43,927 nucleotides of DNA from Octopus bimaculoides (GCF_001194135.2 NC_068988.1:14480558-14524484); one strand, 5' to 3'; numbered from the stretch's first letter, positions 1-12,815 are shown. Notes: generated by a model not told the origin, from the letters alone. Program-made: numbers and translations.

Positions 1-390
1 TGATGTTATGTCTTTGGGGTGCGATTTGTGATATAAATTGTTTAAGTCTGGTGTTATGCATGTATTTTATTTGTTGTGAGAAACCACTAGCCGCTAGTGC
101 TTGGTTGTAGTATGGAGCGTGATTGTTAAACATTTCTTCAGAAGAGGATAGATCAGATAAGCGGGCAGAGATCCCTATGATTATGTTATCGAAAGTAGAT
201 CTGTGATGATTAGATTGAATATTGAGGTATTTAAGGTACTGGTTGGGTTTATGATAGGGGGAGTGTTGCGAGTTAGATAGGTTCAGAGAAACGTCCAAGA
301 AGTTAGCCGTTTTGTATGCGTTTTCAAATGTTATTGATGGATTCATACCCTTACTCGGTATTACCTGTATCCTCCTGGGTTTGGTTAAAT
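1..390 (-). mobile_element. Penelope-like element (PLE) reverse transcriptase C-terminal/thumb fragment, runs off the window start
   Basis: Manual minus-strand translation from ATG at 346 is open to the window edge: MNPSITFENAYKTANFLDVSLNLSNSQHSPYHKPNQYLKYLNIQSNHH...ISARLSDLSSSEEMFNNHAPYYNQALAASGFSQQIKY...QRHNI. It matches PLE RT motifs (NFLDV, PY.KPN, SNH, APYYN.AL..SG). The ORF track misses it because there is no stop in the window. Confidence 0.85.
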
Positions 391-429
391 CCAATACCCT
401 CCTCAACCTTATATATATATTTTTTTTTC

Positions 430-710
430 TTTTGCCGAACCGCTAGGTGACTGGGACGTAAACACACCAGCATCGGTTGTCAAGCGATGTTGAGGAGAAA
501 AACACAGACAGACAAACACACACACATATATATACATATATATATATACGACGGGCTTCTTTCAGTTTTCATCTGCCAAATCCACTCAAAGGATTTGGTC
601 GGCCCGAGGCTATAGTAGAAGACACTTTCCCAAAGTGCCACGCAGTGGGACTGAACCCAGAACCATGTGGTCGGTAAGCAAGCTACTTACCACACAGTCA
701 CTCCTGCGCC
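430..710 (-). mobile_element. tRNA-derived SINE, family B, with internal (CA)/(TA) microsatellite
   Basis: Reverse complement of the head GGCGCAGGAGTGACTGTGTGGTAAGTAGCTTGCTTACC...GGTTCAGTCCC (A/B-box-like); related copies recur across the window. Confidence 0.8.
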
Positions 711-782
711 TTAAATTACTTAAATTACTTTTAAAAAACTAATAATCAATACCCGCTTCGCTACTTTTATCTCTCCTTATAT

Positions 783-1664
783 ACAGGGTGCGTAAGATAT
801 TTGAGGACAGATTTATGTTTATAAAAAAAAAACAGCTATATAATAACAGATAATAACTGAAACACATTTGGCCTTCCACTGCACACACTGTCTATCCAGG
901 CCTTAACAATTATTTCCAGGACCTCAATGTAGGTGGTAGAGTTAACTTTAAGGCCTTGTGAAAAGAAGTAAGGAAGCATCACATGTCTTTCATTGCTGAC
1001 AACCCCTAAAACAATGACAGTTGCTGGAAATTTTGTTTGCGTAACACTCGGAATTTCAGAAGGGTCTGCACATAACCATCTGTCATTTCTTCTAGTAACC
1101 TTTTGATCTTGGTCGAAGTTTTTCTCGTTTAAGAAAAACCAAATCAAATCTGCTGGATTTTTCACTTTGTTTAAGAGCCTTTTAGATCTGATGTAGTGAT
1201 TTTCTTTTGCTTTTTCTGACATAGTGACCTTTCCTCATCATAAAAGACGTATCTGATGTCTTTGTGGATAACATTTCTGACTGTTCCTTCTGACACATGA
1301 AGATCTTTTGCAATTAACCTCACGGACTTTCAAGGATTGTAATCAATAGTCTGTTGAACTTGCAGGATAAATTCAGATGTTCTGATGATGTCGGAGCGCT
1401 TAGAATGCTTTTTATGCTTTGATACTGGTGATATGTTTCCATCTTCAGTCTTTTGCTCCTTAAAAACTTTGTAGACGAAAGATCTGGAAACTTTAAAAAA
1501 TCGAGATATTTATAAATCGCTATGCTAAACCTTTATAACCACAATAACAGCATGGCCTTTTCATTTCTTGAGTAAGCTAAGGGTCTACCATTAACATTTT
1601 CTGAAACAAAGATTATACAGAGTTAGCAAAAAAACGCAGCAATGACCCCAAAAAGGTATATCCT
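783..1664 (-). mobile_element. Decayed Tc1/mariner-superfamily (maT/DD37D-like) transposon; transposase truncated before the end of the catalytic triad
   Basis: Minus strand gives an HTH region (MKRHAVIV...SRFFKVSRSFVYKV...SVRLIAKDLHVSEGTVRNVIHKDIRY) with stops and frameshifts, then ORF 836-1222 (NEKNFDQDQK...KFPATVIVLGVVS...GLKVNSTTYIEVL...PNVFQ). TA+CAGGGTG terminus at 781-789; the other end is not visible and probably lies in the N-gap. Confidence 0.85.
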
Positions 1665-2621
1665 NNNNNNNNNNNNNNNNNNNNNNNNNNNNNNNNNNNN
1701 NNNNNNNNNNNNNNNNNNNNNNNNNNNNNNNNNNNNNNNNNNNNNNNNNNNNNNNNNNNNNNNNNNNNNNNNNNNNNNNNNNNNNNNNNNNNNNNNNNNN
1801 NNNNNNNNNNNNNNNNNNNNNNNNNNNNNNNNNNNNNNNNNNNNNNNNNNNNNNNNNNNNNNNNNNNNNNNNNNNNNNNNNNNNNNNNNNNNNNNNNNNN
1901 NNNNNNNNNNNNNNNNNNNNNNNNNNNNNNNNNNNNNNNNNNNNNNNNNNNNNNNNNNNNNNNNNNNNNNNNNNNNNNNNNNNNNNNNNNNNNNNNNNNN
2001 NNNNNNNNNNNNNNNNNNNNNNNNNNNNNNNNNNNNNNNNNNNNNNNNNNNNNNNNNNNNNNNNNNNNNNNNNNNNNNNNNNNNNNNNNNNNNNNNNNNN
2101 NNNNNNNNNNNNNNNNNNNNNNNNNNNNNNNNNNNNNNNNNNNNNNNNNNNNNNNNNNNNNNNNNNNNNNNNNNNNNNNNNNNNNNNNNNNNNNNNNNNN
2201 NNNNNNNNNNNNNNNNNNNNNNNNNNNNNNNNNNNNNNNNNNNNNNNNNNNNNNNNNNNNNNNNNNNNNNNNNNNNNNNNNNNNNNNNNNNNNNNNNNNN
2301 NNNNNNNNNNNNNNNNNNNNNNNNNNNNNNNNNNNNNNNNNNNNNNNNNNNNNNNNNNNNNNNNNNNNNNNNNNNNNNNNNNNNNNNNNNNNNNNNNNNN
2401 NNNNNNNNNNNNNNNNNNNNNNNNNNNNNNNNNNNNNNNNNNNNNNNNNNNNNNNNNNNNNNNNNNNNNNNNNNNNNNNNNNNNNNNNNNNNNNNNNNNN
2501 NNNNNNNNNNNNNNNNNNNNNNNNNNNNNNNNNNNNNNNNNNNNNNNNNNNNNNNNNNNNNNNNNNNNNNNNATATATATATATCCCTTCCTCCCTACGT
2601 GCTTTAAAAAAATCCTTTCTA

Positions 2622-2819
2622 CTATAGGCACATGGCCTGAAATTTTGGTAGTGGAGATAGCCGATTACAACGAGCCCTGGTACTTTATTTTGTCGACCCC
2701 CATTGGTGAAAGGCAAAGTCGACAACAGCGAAATTTGAACTCATCGCAATGTAAAGACGGATGAAATGCCGCCAAGCATTTGGCTCGGCGTGCTAACGAT
2801 TCCGCCAGTTCGCTACCTT
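2622..2819 (-). mobile_element. tRNA-derived SINE, family A
   Basis: Reverse complement of AAGG(C/T)GGCGA(G/A)CTGGC.GAATCGTTAGCACGCC...GAGTTCAAATT...GGTCGA.AAAATAAAGTACCAG; shared with ~11 other copies. Confidence 0.8.
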
Positions 2820-3752
2820 CGACGTGCTAGAAAAAATAACATTCAAATCTCCTCCTCACATTGCACTAAACTAGCTACAAAAAAAAGAACAGGCAAAAAA
2901 ACAAATACTCGTCAGATAATAAGATAATACTAGATACAGTATGTCTGGATGAAAAAAAAAACGATAGACAACCAACGCTGCAATATTTCCAGTGCCATAA
3001 ATCTTATCGATTACATCTGACCTGGGACCACACAACAAACACATCGACAATAACATCCTTCATTCTCTCTCTCCTTAGTTTTCATACTCATTCCCTCTCA
3101 ATGTGAATCTCATTCTCTCCCTCTCTTGTTCTCCCTGTCTCTCTTTTCTTTCTTTACCTCTACGAGTCTACGTGCGTGTGTGAGTGATTATCAGTTTGTA
3201 ATTCATTCTGCATATTGTAAATATATTCATCATAGTATACATAGTTTTGTAGTATAAGGTGGACAACGTATTTTATGCATTAGTTAACATTATTCTTTAC
3301 TGATTATATANNNNNNNNNNNNNNNNNNNNNNNNNNNNNNNNNNNNNNNNNNNNNNNNNNNNNNNNNNNNNNNNNNNNNNNNNNNNNNNNNNNNNNNNNN
3401 NNNNNNNNNNNNNNNNNNNNNNNNNNNNNNNNNNNNNNNNNNNNNNNNNNNNNNNNNNNNNNNNNNNNNNNNNNNNNNNNNNNNNNNNNNNNNNNNNNNN
3501 NNNNNNNNNNNNNNNNNNNNNNNNNNNNNNNNNNNNNNNNNNNNNNNNNNNNNNNNNNNNNNNNNNNNNNNNNNNNNNNNNNNNNNNNNNNNNNNNNNNN
3601 NNNNNNNNNNNNNNNNNNNNNNNNNNNNNNNNNNNNNNNNNNNNNNNNNNNNNNNNNNNNNNNNNNNNNNNNNNNNNNNNNNNNNNNNNNNNNNNNNNNN
3701 NNNNNNNNNNNNNNNNNNNNNNNNNNNNNNNNNNNNNNNNNNNNNNNNNNNN

Positions 3753-3809
<57 letters not shown>

Positions 3810-4377
3810 TGGGTTAGAGCGAACTGGCGCATATGCATCTAAAATATAAATGCGTGGTGTATCTGAACTTCGTAGTTATATAAATAATGATGTTTACTGT
3901 TAATGAAACAGCTGTTGAGCACAGTTATATTATCAACCCTATGTAAAATTTATGATCTAATTCACAGCGGTTTTCTACTCTAAGTCTAAATTCTGCTGAT
4001 GTCAGCTTTCCCGCTTTTGATCCTTTCGAGGTCGATAAAATATTTTACTGATTCATGGCGCTGGTAGATTCGCAGAGACAGAATTTCTTGTAATATTTAT
4101 TTGGACTATGTGTTAGCCTTAATACATTGCCCTCCACCTGCTTACTGGGCGCCTTAAACGGAATTCCCTCCATTTTAAGCTTACGAGTGGGGCCCAGTTA
4201 GAATTCACATCAGGTCAAGTAGCCCATCCCACTCAAAAGTTCCTGAATAAGGGTTGTTTAAGGATGATGAACAAAACACCCAAGTTTCCAGAGGTGAATT
4301 AGCCAATCCCAAAAGGATTCCTCTCAACATGGTTATGATGCTCCCCCACTACTTCTGCTCGTGATCAGAAATGCACT

Positions 4378-4560
<183 letters not shown>

Positions 4561-4734
4561 ACAAAATAGGAATTCTCAAAAAAAGTAACTATAAGATTAG
4601 TTTCTAAACAATAAATGATTATGGGGAAGAATAAATAGGCGCTTAACGGACCCATAGGTAAAAAAACGGTTGATAACCACTGCTTTTAGTCAAATATATT
4701 GACCTCTATATGTTTTTGAAGTCTGGCACTTATT

Positions 4735-5050
4735 CTATAAGGTTCTTTAGCTGGTTGCTAGGTTATGTGGACGTAAACAAAACGACTCTGGTTGTCAAGC
4801 GGTGTAGGTGGATAAACACAAACACAAAGACACACACACATATAATATCTATATACATATACATGTATGTGTATACAAGCATTTCTATATACATATATGA
4901 CAGGCATCAACACAGTTTCCGTCAACCAAATTTACAAACAATGCATAGTTCGGCCCGGGCTTATTAGTAAAAGACACTTGTCCAAGGTGCCGAGCAGTAG
5001 AACTAAACTCGAAACCACATGGTTCCGAAGCGGGTTCTTTTTTTAATCAT
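4735..5050 (-). mobile_element. SINE family B copy
   Basis: Similar to 430-710 and to the reverse complement of 12390-12815. Confidence 0.75.
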
Positions 5051-5259
5051 ACTGCCATATTTGTTTGTTTCTCCCCACCCCTCTTCTTTTCTCCCAATCT
5101 TTTCTGTTCTGTATTTCCGTTATTGTTCTCGTTTTGTTGTTTGAAAGATTAACAAGATTTACAAGATTCCTTTTATCTGTCTTATTCTCTTTTTTCTCTC
5201 CTTTTTTCTCTAACTCTCTCAGTCGTTCTCTATTATTGTTTTGTTTCTTATTTTGGCAG

Positions 5260-5480
5260 GTATATTCGATGGATTGCTATTATCGACAGCTTTGGGAAGA
5301 TAAACGATTGGCTTCCAACATGAATAGAGAGAACATTTCTCTGAGCATTAAATTCCTTGAGAGAATTTGGCATCCAGACACTGTGTTCTTTAACGGTCGG
5401 AGGTCATATCTGCACACAATAACGACGCCAAATAAATTTATTCGTCTCAACAGAAATGGTACGATTCTGTTTTCCCAAAG
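5260..5480 (+). CDS. Internal exon (221 nt, phase 0 to phase 2) of a GABA-A-type Cys-loop receptor subunit, GRD-like; extracellular loops D, A and E
   Basis: ttttggcag|GTA...CAAAG|gtaatg splice sites. Translates to VYSMDCYYRQLWEDKRL...ISLSIKFLERIWHPDTVFFNGRRSYLHTITTPNKFIRLNRNGTILFSQR, matching the GABA-A family (RQ.W.D.RL, W.PDT.F.N, H.IT.PNK). 221 nt equals the homologous vertebrate GABA-A exon. Confidence 0.96.
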
Positions 5481-5519
5481 GTAATGATTGGTTTTTATAT
5501 CATCCATTATTTTCGCTGT

Positions 5520-7580
5520 CAAATATGTTATTATTTTCATTATCATCGTCTTTCAATTCTGTTTCTATTTCTTGTCGAGTGTCTCCCTGATACCTAGGGC
5601 AGAGAAACGCATTGTATACATTGGTAGGCCATTAAAATAAACACACCGGATTGTTCATCTACAAAGTCATGTGATAGAGAAAAAGGGGGAGAAAGACAGA
5701 GAGAAAAAGGTAAGATACAAATAAAAAAGTAAACCAAGAAAATAGAGGGGGGAAGAGAAAGAAAATAGAGGGGGGAAGAGAAAGAAAATTCACAGCGACA
5801 ATGCTCTTCTCAATACGTGTGACGTACAAGTTAAGACAATCGTTTACACTTCCCGCACGGATGGTAAGCCAGGAATAATTTTCAGCTCCTTTTTTGATCA
5901 TTCCAAATGCTCCTACAATCACTATTTTCGATACAATATTTTCGATTTCGATTAGCAAATATTTATATTAACTGAGTTTATCAAATTTTTTGTCGAGATG
6001 TTACGGTCACAGGGTATGCCCATATGAATCAATAAACAGACTTTATTGTGTGGGTCTTTCACAACAATATCTGCTTTATTTCTTTGATGGTCCGATCTTT
6101 ACATACTGGAAAGACGCAAAGAATCGTTACATTTTCTCCCTCTGTTACAGCCTCGGAGTGGTGCTTGTACCATTTGTCTGCAGGTTTTATTTTATAATGC
6201 CAACACATTAAACAGTGTAGATATTGGCCAACTCTGTCTGCCATGCCTTGATTTATACTCTACATGTGCTAAAATCTTACGCCCAGATATTAGGTAGTCC
6301 ACTGTTTCAATCTCATCGTTGTAGTATCGGCACTTTAGGTCTACACCATTTTTCATCACATTGGCATGATAGTTCTGGGTCAATAAGCTCTGATCTTGAG
6401 CAACCAAGATAAAGACTTTACTCTCTGCCTTTAGTCCTAAGCACCGTAGGCACTGATGAGTGTGCTTGTAGTCTACATCAGCTTGTTTGATACGGGCCAC
6501 ATATTTGCCATGCAGAGGTTTCGGTTCTCATCTATCAGCCAATTGTTCAAACACACATTGCTTTGACATTGATTTCACCTCTTTGCAACTACAATTTCCG
6601 CACTTCCATCATGCTGTTCAACCTGAGTATAATGCATAAACTCACTTGAAAATTTCTTGCTCTCCTTCATAACAGAATGAAGCTTCTTACGTCTTTCGTG
6701 GTTTTCAACGAGCTTTAGCATCCAGTCGTTAGATGTTTCAAGATATTTTGCCAGTCCAATTGTGGTGGTTTTGTAAGAGATTTCAAATTGTTTCACGCCT
6801 CGACCTCCTTGAGCTCTGGATAGGTAAAAACAATCTGCGTCTGCCTTTGGGTGGTGCATACTGTTGCAAGTCGGCAGCTTACGGATTTTCCTGTCAATCT
6901 TCCTTATTTCGTTCATATTGCAGTTCAACAAATTGAAACTGTAACTAACAATCGGAACTGCCAAGGAATTTGTAGCTAACACCTTGTTACAGGCATTTAA
7001 CTCGGATTTTAGGACTACTCGAACTCTCCTGTAATATTCCTTCCTCGTCTCCTTCGTGCTTGTGTGCTGAATGCCAGAGTTCTCATTTATTCCGAGGTAT
7101 TTGTAAGTTTGTTCCTGCCCGACTTCTTTTATAACTGTGTCAGCATCCAACACCACTGTGAGGTCTTCAATTTCCTTTCAGGAAAGTGACCATGGCACAT
7201 TTATCAAGACCAAATTCCATCCCGATGTCATCACTGAATGCTTTCACAGTACGTCTTTGCCATAGAGTATAGGTGACTTATTTTCTTGTCGCCAATTTTA
7301 TGTCCATGCCCTGTTCTGTTAAGTTCACTTGTAAGGGATATTAGGGCTATGCAAAAAGTCAAAGGTGAAAGTGAGTTAGCTTCGAAAATGATATTATGAT
7401 ATTAATATCTGTTGTGGTCAGTACTCCATTAGAGTGGTATAATTGGAGATTCGTATTCCACACTGATATATTGTGCTTCGGGAAGTTTAAAATCACGGGA
7501 ATATCTAGCGATTTCAAGATCCACGAATGCCGTATGATGTCAAAGACCTTTTTATAATCAATCCATGCAGAAATGAGATT
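5520..7580 (-). mobile_element. R4/Dong-clade non-LTR retrotransposon, 5'-truncated and decayed (RT, thumb, CCHC-like region, restriction-like endonuclease, 3' UTR)
   Basis: WIDYKKVFDIIRHSWI, DIGMEFGLDKCA, YKYLGINE, HHPKADADCFYLSRAQGGRG, AQDQSLLT, HDRVGQYLH, TDRTIK..PD-type RLE, VIVGAFGMIK and C-terminal HVLRRALSL* (stop 5790-5792); multiple frameshifts. Confidence 0.9.
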
Positions 7581-7589
7581 TTTGTGTAA

Positions 7590-7675
7590 TAAGTCCTGAG
7601 GTCGATTTCTTCTACCGAAAGGCGGTGCTCCAGCATGGCCACAGTCAAATAACTGAAACAAGTAAAAGAATAAAA
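7590..7675 (+). mobile_element. 3' tail of SINE family B
   Basis: TAAGTCCTGAGGTCGATT...GGCGGTGCTCCAGCATGGCCACAGTCAAATAACTGAAACAAGTAAAAGA; also seen at ~12720-12815. Confidence 0.7.
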
Positions 7676-9221
7676 TAATATATATATAAATATATATGTA
7701 TGTATGTGTTTACATGTGTAAATCTATTATATTATGTATATATATATATATATATTATATGTTATGTATTGTAAATCATATACATACATACACACACTTT
7801 TCGTCGTCGTATCATAGTTGTTATAACGGACTATTAAACATTATAATGTTTATAATGTTTACCATTGTTTGTGAATGATGTTTTTCCTTCGTTTTATTAG
7901 CCATGTTTTGTTGTCGATGCCGCCATTATTTTTTACTACTTTGCTTAATGATTACTTGATTAAATGTGTGTGGGGCGGGGTGTATTATTGTTGCTCCAAG
8001 TATATTTACTGTGGCTTTACTTTTGTTAGTCTTAACATTTTATGGTCGCAGCAAAATCTCTTAAATTAGTTTCATTTATTTTTATTGCTTTCTTTTATTT
8101 TGTTCCATACTTGAATTGTTATGAATATCTAATAGATTGTTTATTTGAACCCAGAGTAATGGAACCTGTCTACATAACATTTACCATTTTCTATCAAAGT
8201 TCTAACACCTGCAAGTCAACTACAACTTCATTGTTTCCTCACAAAGCAATAACATTTCCTTCCCGTATCCTCTCCGTCGCTATTTATTTGAGAAGAACCC
8301 AATGAAAAATTCTAAAAGGATAAACTGTTATTAGTTGTTAGCTATGACTTTCACTATTGTAAATCTTTTAAACGTCTGATTAAAATAAATAAAAGCTATC
8401 AGACAATAGCGATCAACGATTGCCGAAAGCTTCTGATACAAAGGAAATGGGTATTTAAAACATTTCCGTTTGAGTAGTGTATGCTCTACAAAACGTGGGA
8501 AGAGATTGTTGAAATTGGAAATAATAAAACCTTGGTTTTTAACAGAAGAGAAATTGTATTTCATGTAAAAGGTTATAATCGCTTATGTAAAATGTGCAAC
8601 GAAATTTGACAGTTTATACCTGAGGACATATATTGCTTCAAACTATATTATTGCATTGTTTAGATGAAAAAAGAAACGAGAATGAAAATATGACGTATGC
8701 TGGATGTTGCATCCAATTTCATCATATATAAGTAAGTAAACATATGGCTAATAATATCAAATATTGCAGGAAACCAAACACTAAATTGCCATGAGCATTA
8801 AGATCCCCACATATGAAATTATAGGATGTAGTTTTTCATAGATAAAATATATGCCTTAGCTACGTGATATATCATTGCTTCCCGTGTATAATGTCATAAG
8901 AAAAACGGAGTCCATAGTTGTGTAGTAAACCTTTTTCTGAGAATAGTGAACTTTAATATGAATCTTCAACAGATACCTCAAAAACATAGCGTGATGGATA
9001 CATTTCATTCAACAACACCAAGTTATATAAATAATCACTACACTTGTATGGCGATTAAGAATTTCGCTTCGCGAGTACGTGGTTTTTGGATTCAATCCAA
9101 GTGAATGGCACCTTGAGCAAATGTCTTCTACGACAGTCACGGACTATAGTACGAAGTACATGTCGGTAAAAATGATAGAATAGTTTAAACTGTGGTGTAT
9201 GAATGTGTGTGTGTCTGTGTG

Positions 9222-9253
<32 letters not shown>

Positions 9254-9308
9254 CATCCCTTAAGTTTCTTTAACGGAAACGTTTTGAATATTATTATTAT
9301 TATTTAAA

Positions 9309-9443
9309 AAACAATAAGAAGAGTGCGACTGTTATCGAATGAACAATATTTCGACACTTCGTGCATCTTCCACATGTTCATAATAATCATCTCAATCTAC
9401 TTCATTTTTGGTAATATTTAAAGTCGCACTCTTCTTATTGTTT
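9309..9443. mobile_element. Candidate 135-bp MITE with perfect 22-bp inverted repeats, inside a (TTA)n tract
   Basis: AAACAATAAGAAGAGTGCGACT (9309-9330) is the exact reverse complement of 9422-9443; 91-nt spacer. Confidence 0.55.
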
Positions 9444-9462
9444 CTTTACCTCAATCCTTAAA

Positions 9463-9520
<58 letters not shown>

Positions 9521-10188
9521 AATAATAATAATAATATTATTATCGTTATATAAACTGAAATGGCGGAAATACGAATGTGGCAAATTTTAACTATTTCTCT
9601 GTAAATTAACAAAAATAATGAACTGCCTTAATCGATTGTCAATATATATTGAGTTCTCATCAGAGGCGTCTACATCAGCTGACCAATCCAAGAGTAACCA
9701 GCAGTCATATANNNNNNNNNNNNNNNNNNNNNNNNNNNNNNNNNNNNNNNNNNNNNNNNNNNNNNNNNNNNNNNNNNNNNNNNNNNNNNNNNNNNNNNNN
9801 NNNNNNNNNNNNNNNNNNNNNNNNNNNNNNNNNNNNNNNNNNNNNNNNNNNNNNNNNNNNNNNNNNNNNNNNNNNNNNNNNNNNNNNNNNNNNNNNNNNN
9901 NNNNNNNNNNNNNNNNNNNNNNNNNNNNNNNNNNNNNNNNNNNNNNNNNNNNNNNNNNNNNNNNNNNNNNNNNNNNNNNNNNNNNNNNNNNNNNNNNNNN
10001 NNNNNNNNNNNNNNNNNNNNNNNNNNNNNNNNNNNNNNNNNNNNNNNNNNNNNNNNNNNNNNNNNNNNNNNNNNNNNNNNNNNNNNNNNNNNNNNNNNNN
10101 NNNNNNNNNNNNNNNNNNNNNNNNNNNNNNNNNNNNNNNNNNNNNNNNNNNNNNNNNNNNNNNNNNNNNNNNNNNNNNNNNNNNNNNN

Positions 10189-10261
<73 letters not shown>

Positions 10262-10357
10262 ATATGTTTGCTTCATGTGTGATTATATATAAAAACAATT
10301 TAACATTAAACTGAAGGATTATTCAACAGTTTTTAGAGTGTGTGTGTATATATATAT

Positions 10358-10396
<39 letters not shown>

Positions 10397-11004
10397 GAGA
10401 GAGAGAAACAGATGGACAAAGATGGTTGTGTACTTCTGTCTCTCTGCCTCTCCTTGCGTTTGACACTGCTCGGAAAATGGCGTTTGTGTTCATGCCCCGT
10501 TATTTTGCGACGCAAGAAATAAAAATCGCTGAAATATTTATGAGATTTTTTTTTAATTACTGCAATCAATATAATAAATTGAAAACCACTCACGGCATTG
10601 CCCCAGCATGGCCAGAATCTAAAAAAGTAAACAAGTAAAAGTGGGCATCAAAGAGACACATCTTGTCGCTATACTCTGTTAATAAACAACGCATAATAAA
10701 TTCTTTTCAGATTCACTGTATTTCCCGAGTCTCATAACTTCAGACGCGTCTTCGCTAATAGTCACACATGGCAACAGCGATTAGCATAGTCATGTTCGAA
10801 TATACCGGAACGTATTAAGAATGAAAATGGGAGGTCATTGTTTTGATTTTCTCTGTTCTCTGTATACCTGATTACTAATTATAAACAAGTATTGTATTCA
10901 AAGAACGGAATTTCATATTCAGTGTCTCTAGATACTTCAGCTTCAGATAGTTCTTCATTCTCTGCTGGCCCTGCATCGAATACATTAATAACTCTTTCTA
11001 CTAA

Positions 11005-11166
11005 TAGGTACGATGCCCGAAATTTGGAAGTAGGGGGCTAGTCGATTAGATTAGCCCCAGTGCACAACTGGTATTTATTTCATTGACAACGAAAGGATGA
11101 AGGGCAAAATTGACCTCGACAGGAATTTAGACTCAGAACGGGAAGAAGGAGGAAATGCCGCTAAGC
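11005..11166 (-). mobile_element. SINE family A copy
   Basis: Similarity to the reverse complement of the family A consensus. Confidence 0.7.
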
Positions 11167-11379
11167 TTCAGTCCACAGTTATGAATCGAACCAACTACTG
11201 AGCTCTTTATTCAGTAGATCAACATGCTAGAAATAGCAGCCAAAACTTCCTCAAATCACAGCCAATGGTTTGAAAAATAATTTTTGATCTACAAAAACTG
11301 GAATGGTCACTATTGGAACAACTTTGATGACAGGTCCGTATCATCGAGGCTGACTTTGTTTGAAACAACATAGATTTGG

Positions 11380-11404
11380 ATATGCTTTGTCCTCTCTCTC
11401 TTAC

Positions 11405-11435
<31 letters not shown>

Positions 11436-11490
11436 TTCTGTCTGTTTATCTATATATTTATCTTTCTATCACTTTCTTTCTTATTCTCTC

Positions 11491-11572
<82 letters not shown>

Positions 11573-11830
11573 CCTCTCTGTCTATTTCTATCGATCACTT
11601 TTCTCTGTCACTATCACTCTATCTCTCTACTCTCTCTTTCCCTTACTCTTACTCTCTCATTACCACTTTCTGTCTATCTCCTTCACTCTCTCTCTTTCAT
11701 TCTCACTCACCCTCTCTCTCTCCCTCTCTCTCTTCTTTCTCTCTCTCTCTCTCTCTCTTTCTATCTACCCATCTATCTACATATCTATCTATTTATCAAC
11801 CTTCCTATCTTTCCTTCTTTCCCTTTTCTT
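11380..11830. repeat. (CT)n-rich low-complexity tract
   Basis: Direct reading; source of poly-SL ORFs. Confidence 0.95.
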
Positions 11831-11914
11831 CCGCAACAGTAATAGTTCCTATTCCTCTTCTGAACTTCTGGTACAAAATACTTTCCCAATAATTCTTCCA
11901 TTGCGCAAGCTGTT

Positions 11915-12075
11915 TGCATGGTAACTGAAAATTACTTGTTCACTGCACATGGAAACTTTAAAATTACCGGTACATTTCACACAGGAAGTTAAAAATTACC
12001 GATGGACTTTGCATGGGAAATCTAAAATTACTGTTACAAGTCAGAAATTGGCGGTACTTTTCGCATGGAAAATTT
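11915..12075. repeat. Degenerate 32-bp minisatellite interrupted by a SINE
   Basis: AAATTAC recurs at 11929, 11961, 11993 and 12025 (exact 32-bp spacing) with CATGG(A/G)AA-like motifs in between; a similar unit resumes at ~12283-12310 after the SINE. Confidence 0.75.
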
Positions 12076-12285
12076 AAGGCGGTGAGCTGGTAGAATCGTT
12101 AGCGAGTCGGACAAAATGCTTAGTGACATTTCTTCCGGCTCTTCATTTTCTGTGTTCAAATTCCACCGAGATACGTTTTGCCTTCCACACATTCGGAAAC
12201 GATAAAACAAGTGCCACATGAGCGCTGGGGTCGATATAAGTCGACTTGCCCTCTCCACGTGAAAAGTGCTGGCTTTGTGCCAAAA
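12076..12285 (+). mobile_element. SINE family A copy
   Basis: AAGGCGGTGAGCTGGTAGAATCGTTAGC...GTTCAAATTCC...GGGGTCGAT. Confidence 0.85.
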
Positions 12286-12389
12286 TTACGAGAACATTTC
12301 ACGTGGAAATTCAAAAATAATTGGCAGGTTATGGTAAGTTAAAACTGGCTGGTGCACATCAAATGTAGAGTTTTGTAAAGAAGACAATG

Positions 12390-12815
12390 TTTTGCGTGGG
12401 TGTGTGGTAAGAAGTTGGCTTCCCAACGATATGGTTTTGGGTTCAATGCCACTGTGTGGCACCTTGCGCAAGCCTCGGGCCGACCAAACCTTTCCGAGTG
12501 GATTTGATAGACAGAAACTGAAAGAAGCGCGTTATATATATATATATATATACTGGAGTAAGCACTGCTGCTTTTAAATATATATACTTATGTGTGTATT
12601 TTTGTGTCTGTGTTTGTCTCCCACTACTACCACATCCGGTGTTGGTATGTTTACATCCTTGCAACTTAGCGGTTCGGCAAAGGTGAAAAGTACAATAAGT
12701 ATCAGGCTTTAAAAGAAAAGTAAGTACTAAGGTCGATTTGTTCGACTAACATTTCTTCAACACGGTGCCCCAGCATGGCTGCAGTCTAATGACGTAACAA
12801 GTAAAAGATGAAAGA
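12390..12815 (+). mobile_element. Near full-length SINE family B with internal (TA)n/(TG)n spacer
   Basis: Head TGTGTGGTAAGAAGTTGGCTTCCCAAC...GGGTTCAATGCC, then a microsatellite, then tail ...GCGGTTCGGCAAA...GGTGCCCCAGCATGGCTGCAGTC. Confidence 0.8.

Noticed and set aside
8785-8870. Minus-strand FICGDLNAH resembling a LINE APE endonuclease motif
   Set aside because: Isolated short motif with no other endonuclease motifs nearby; likely chance
11915-12075. Regularly spaced repeats as a CRISPR-like array
   Set aside because: Eukaryotic context; units are degenerate tandem copies, not identical repeats with unique spacers, and there are no cas genes
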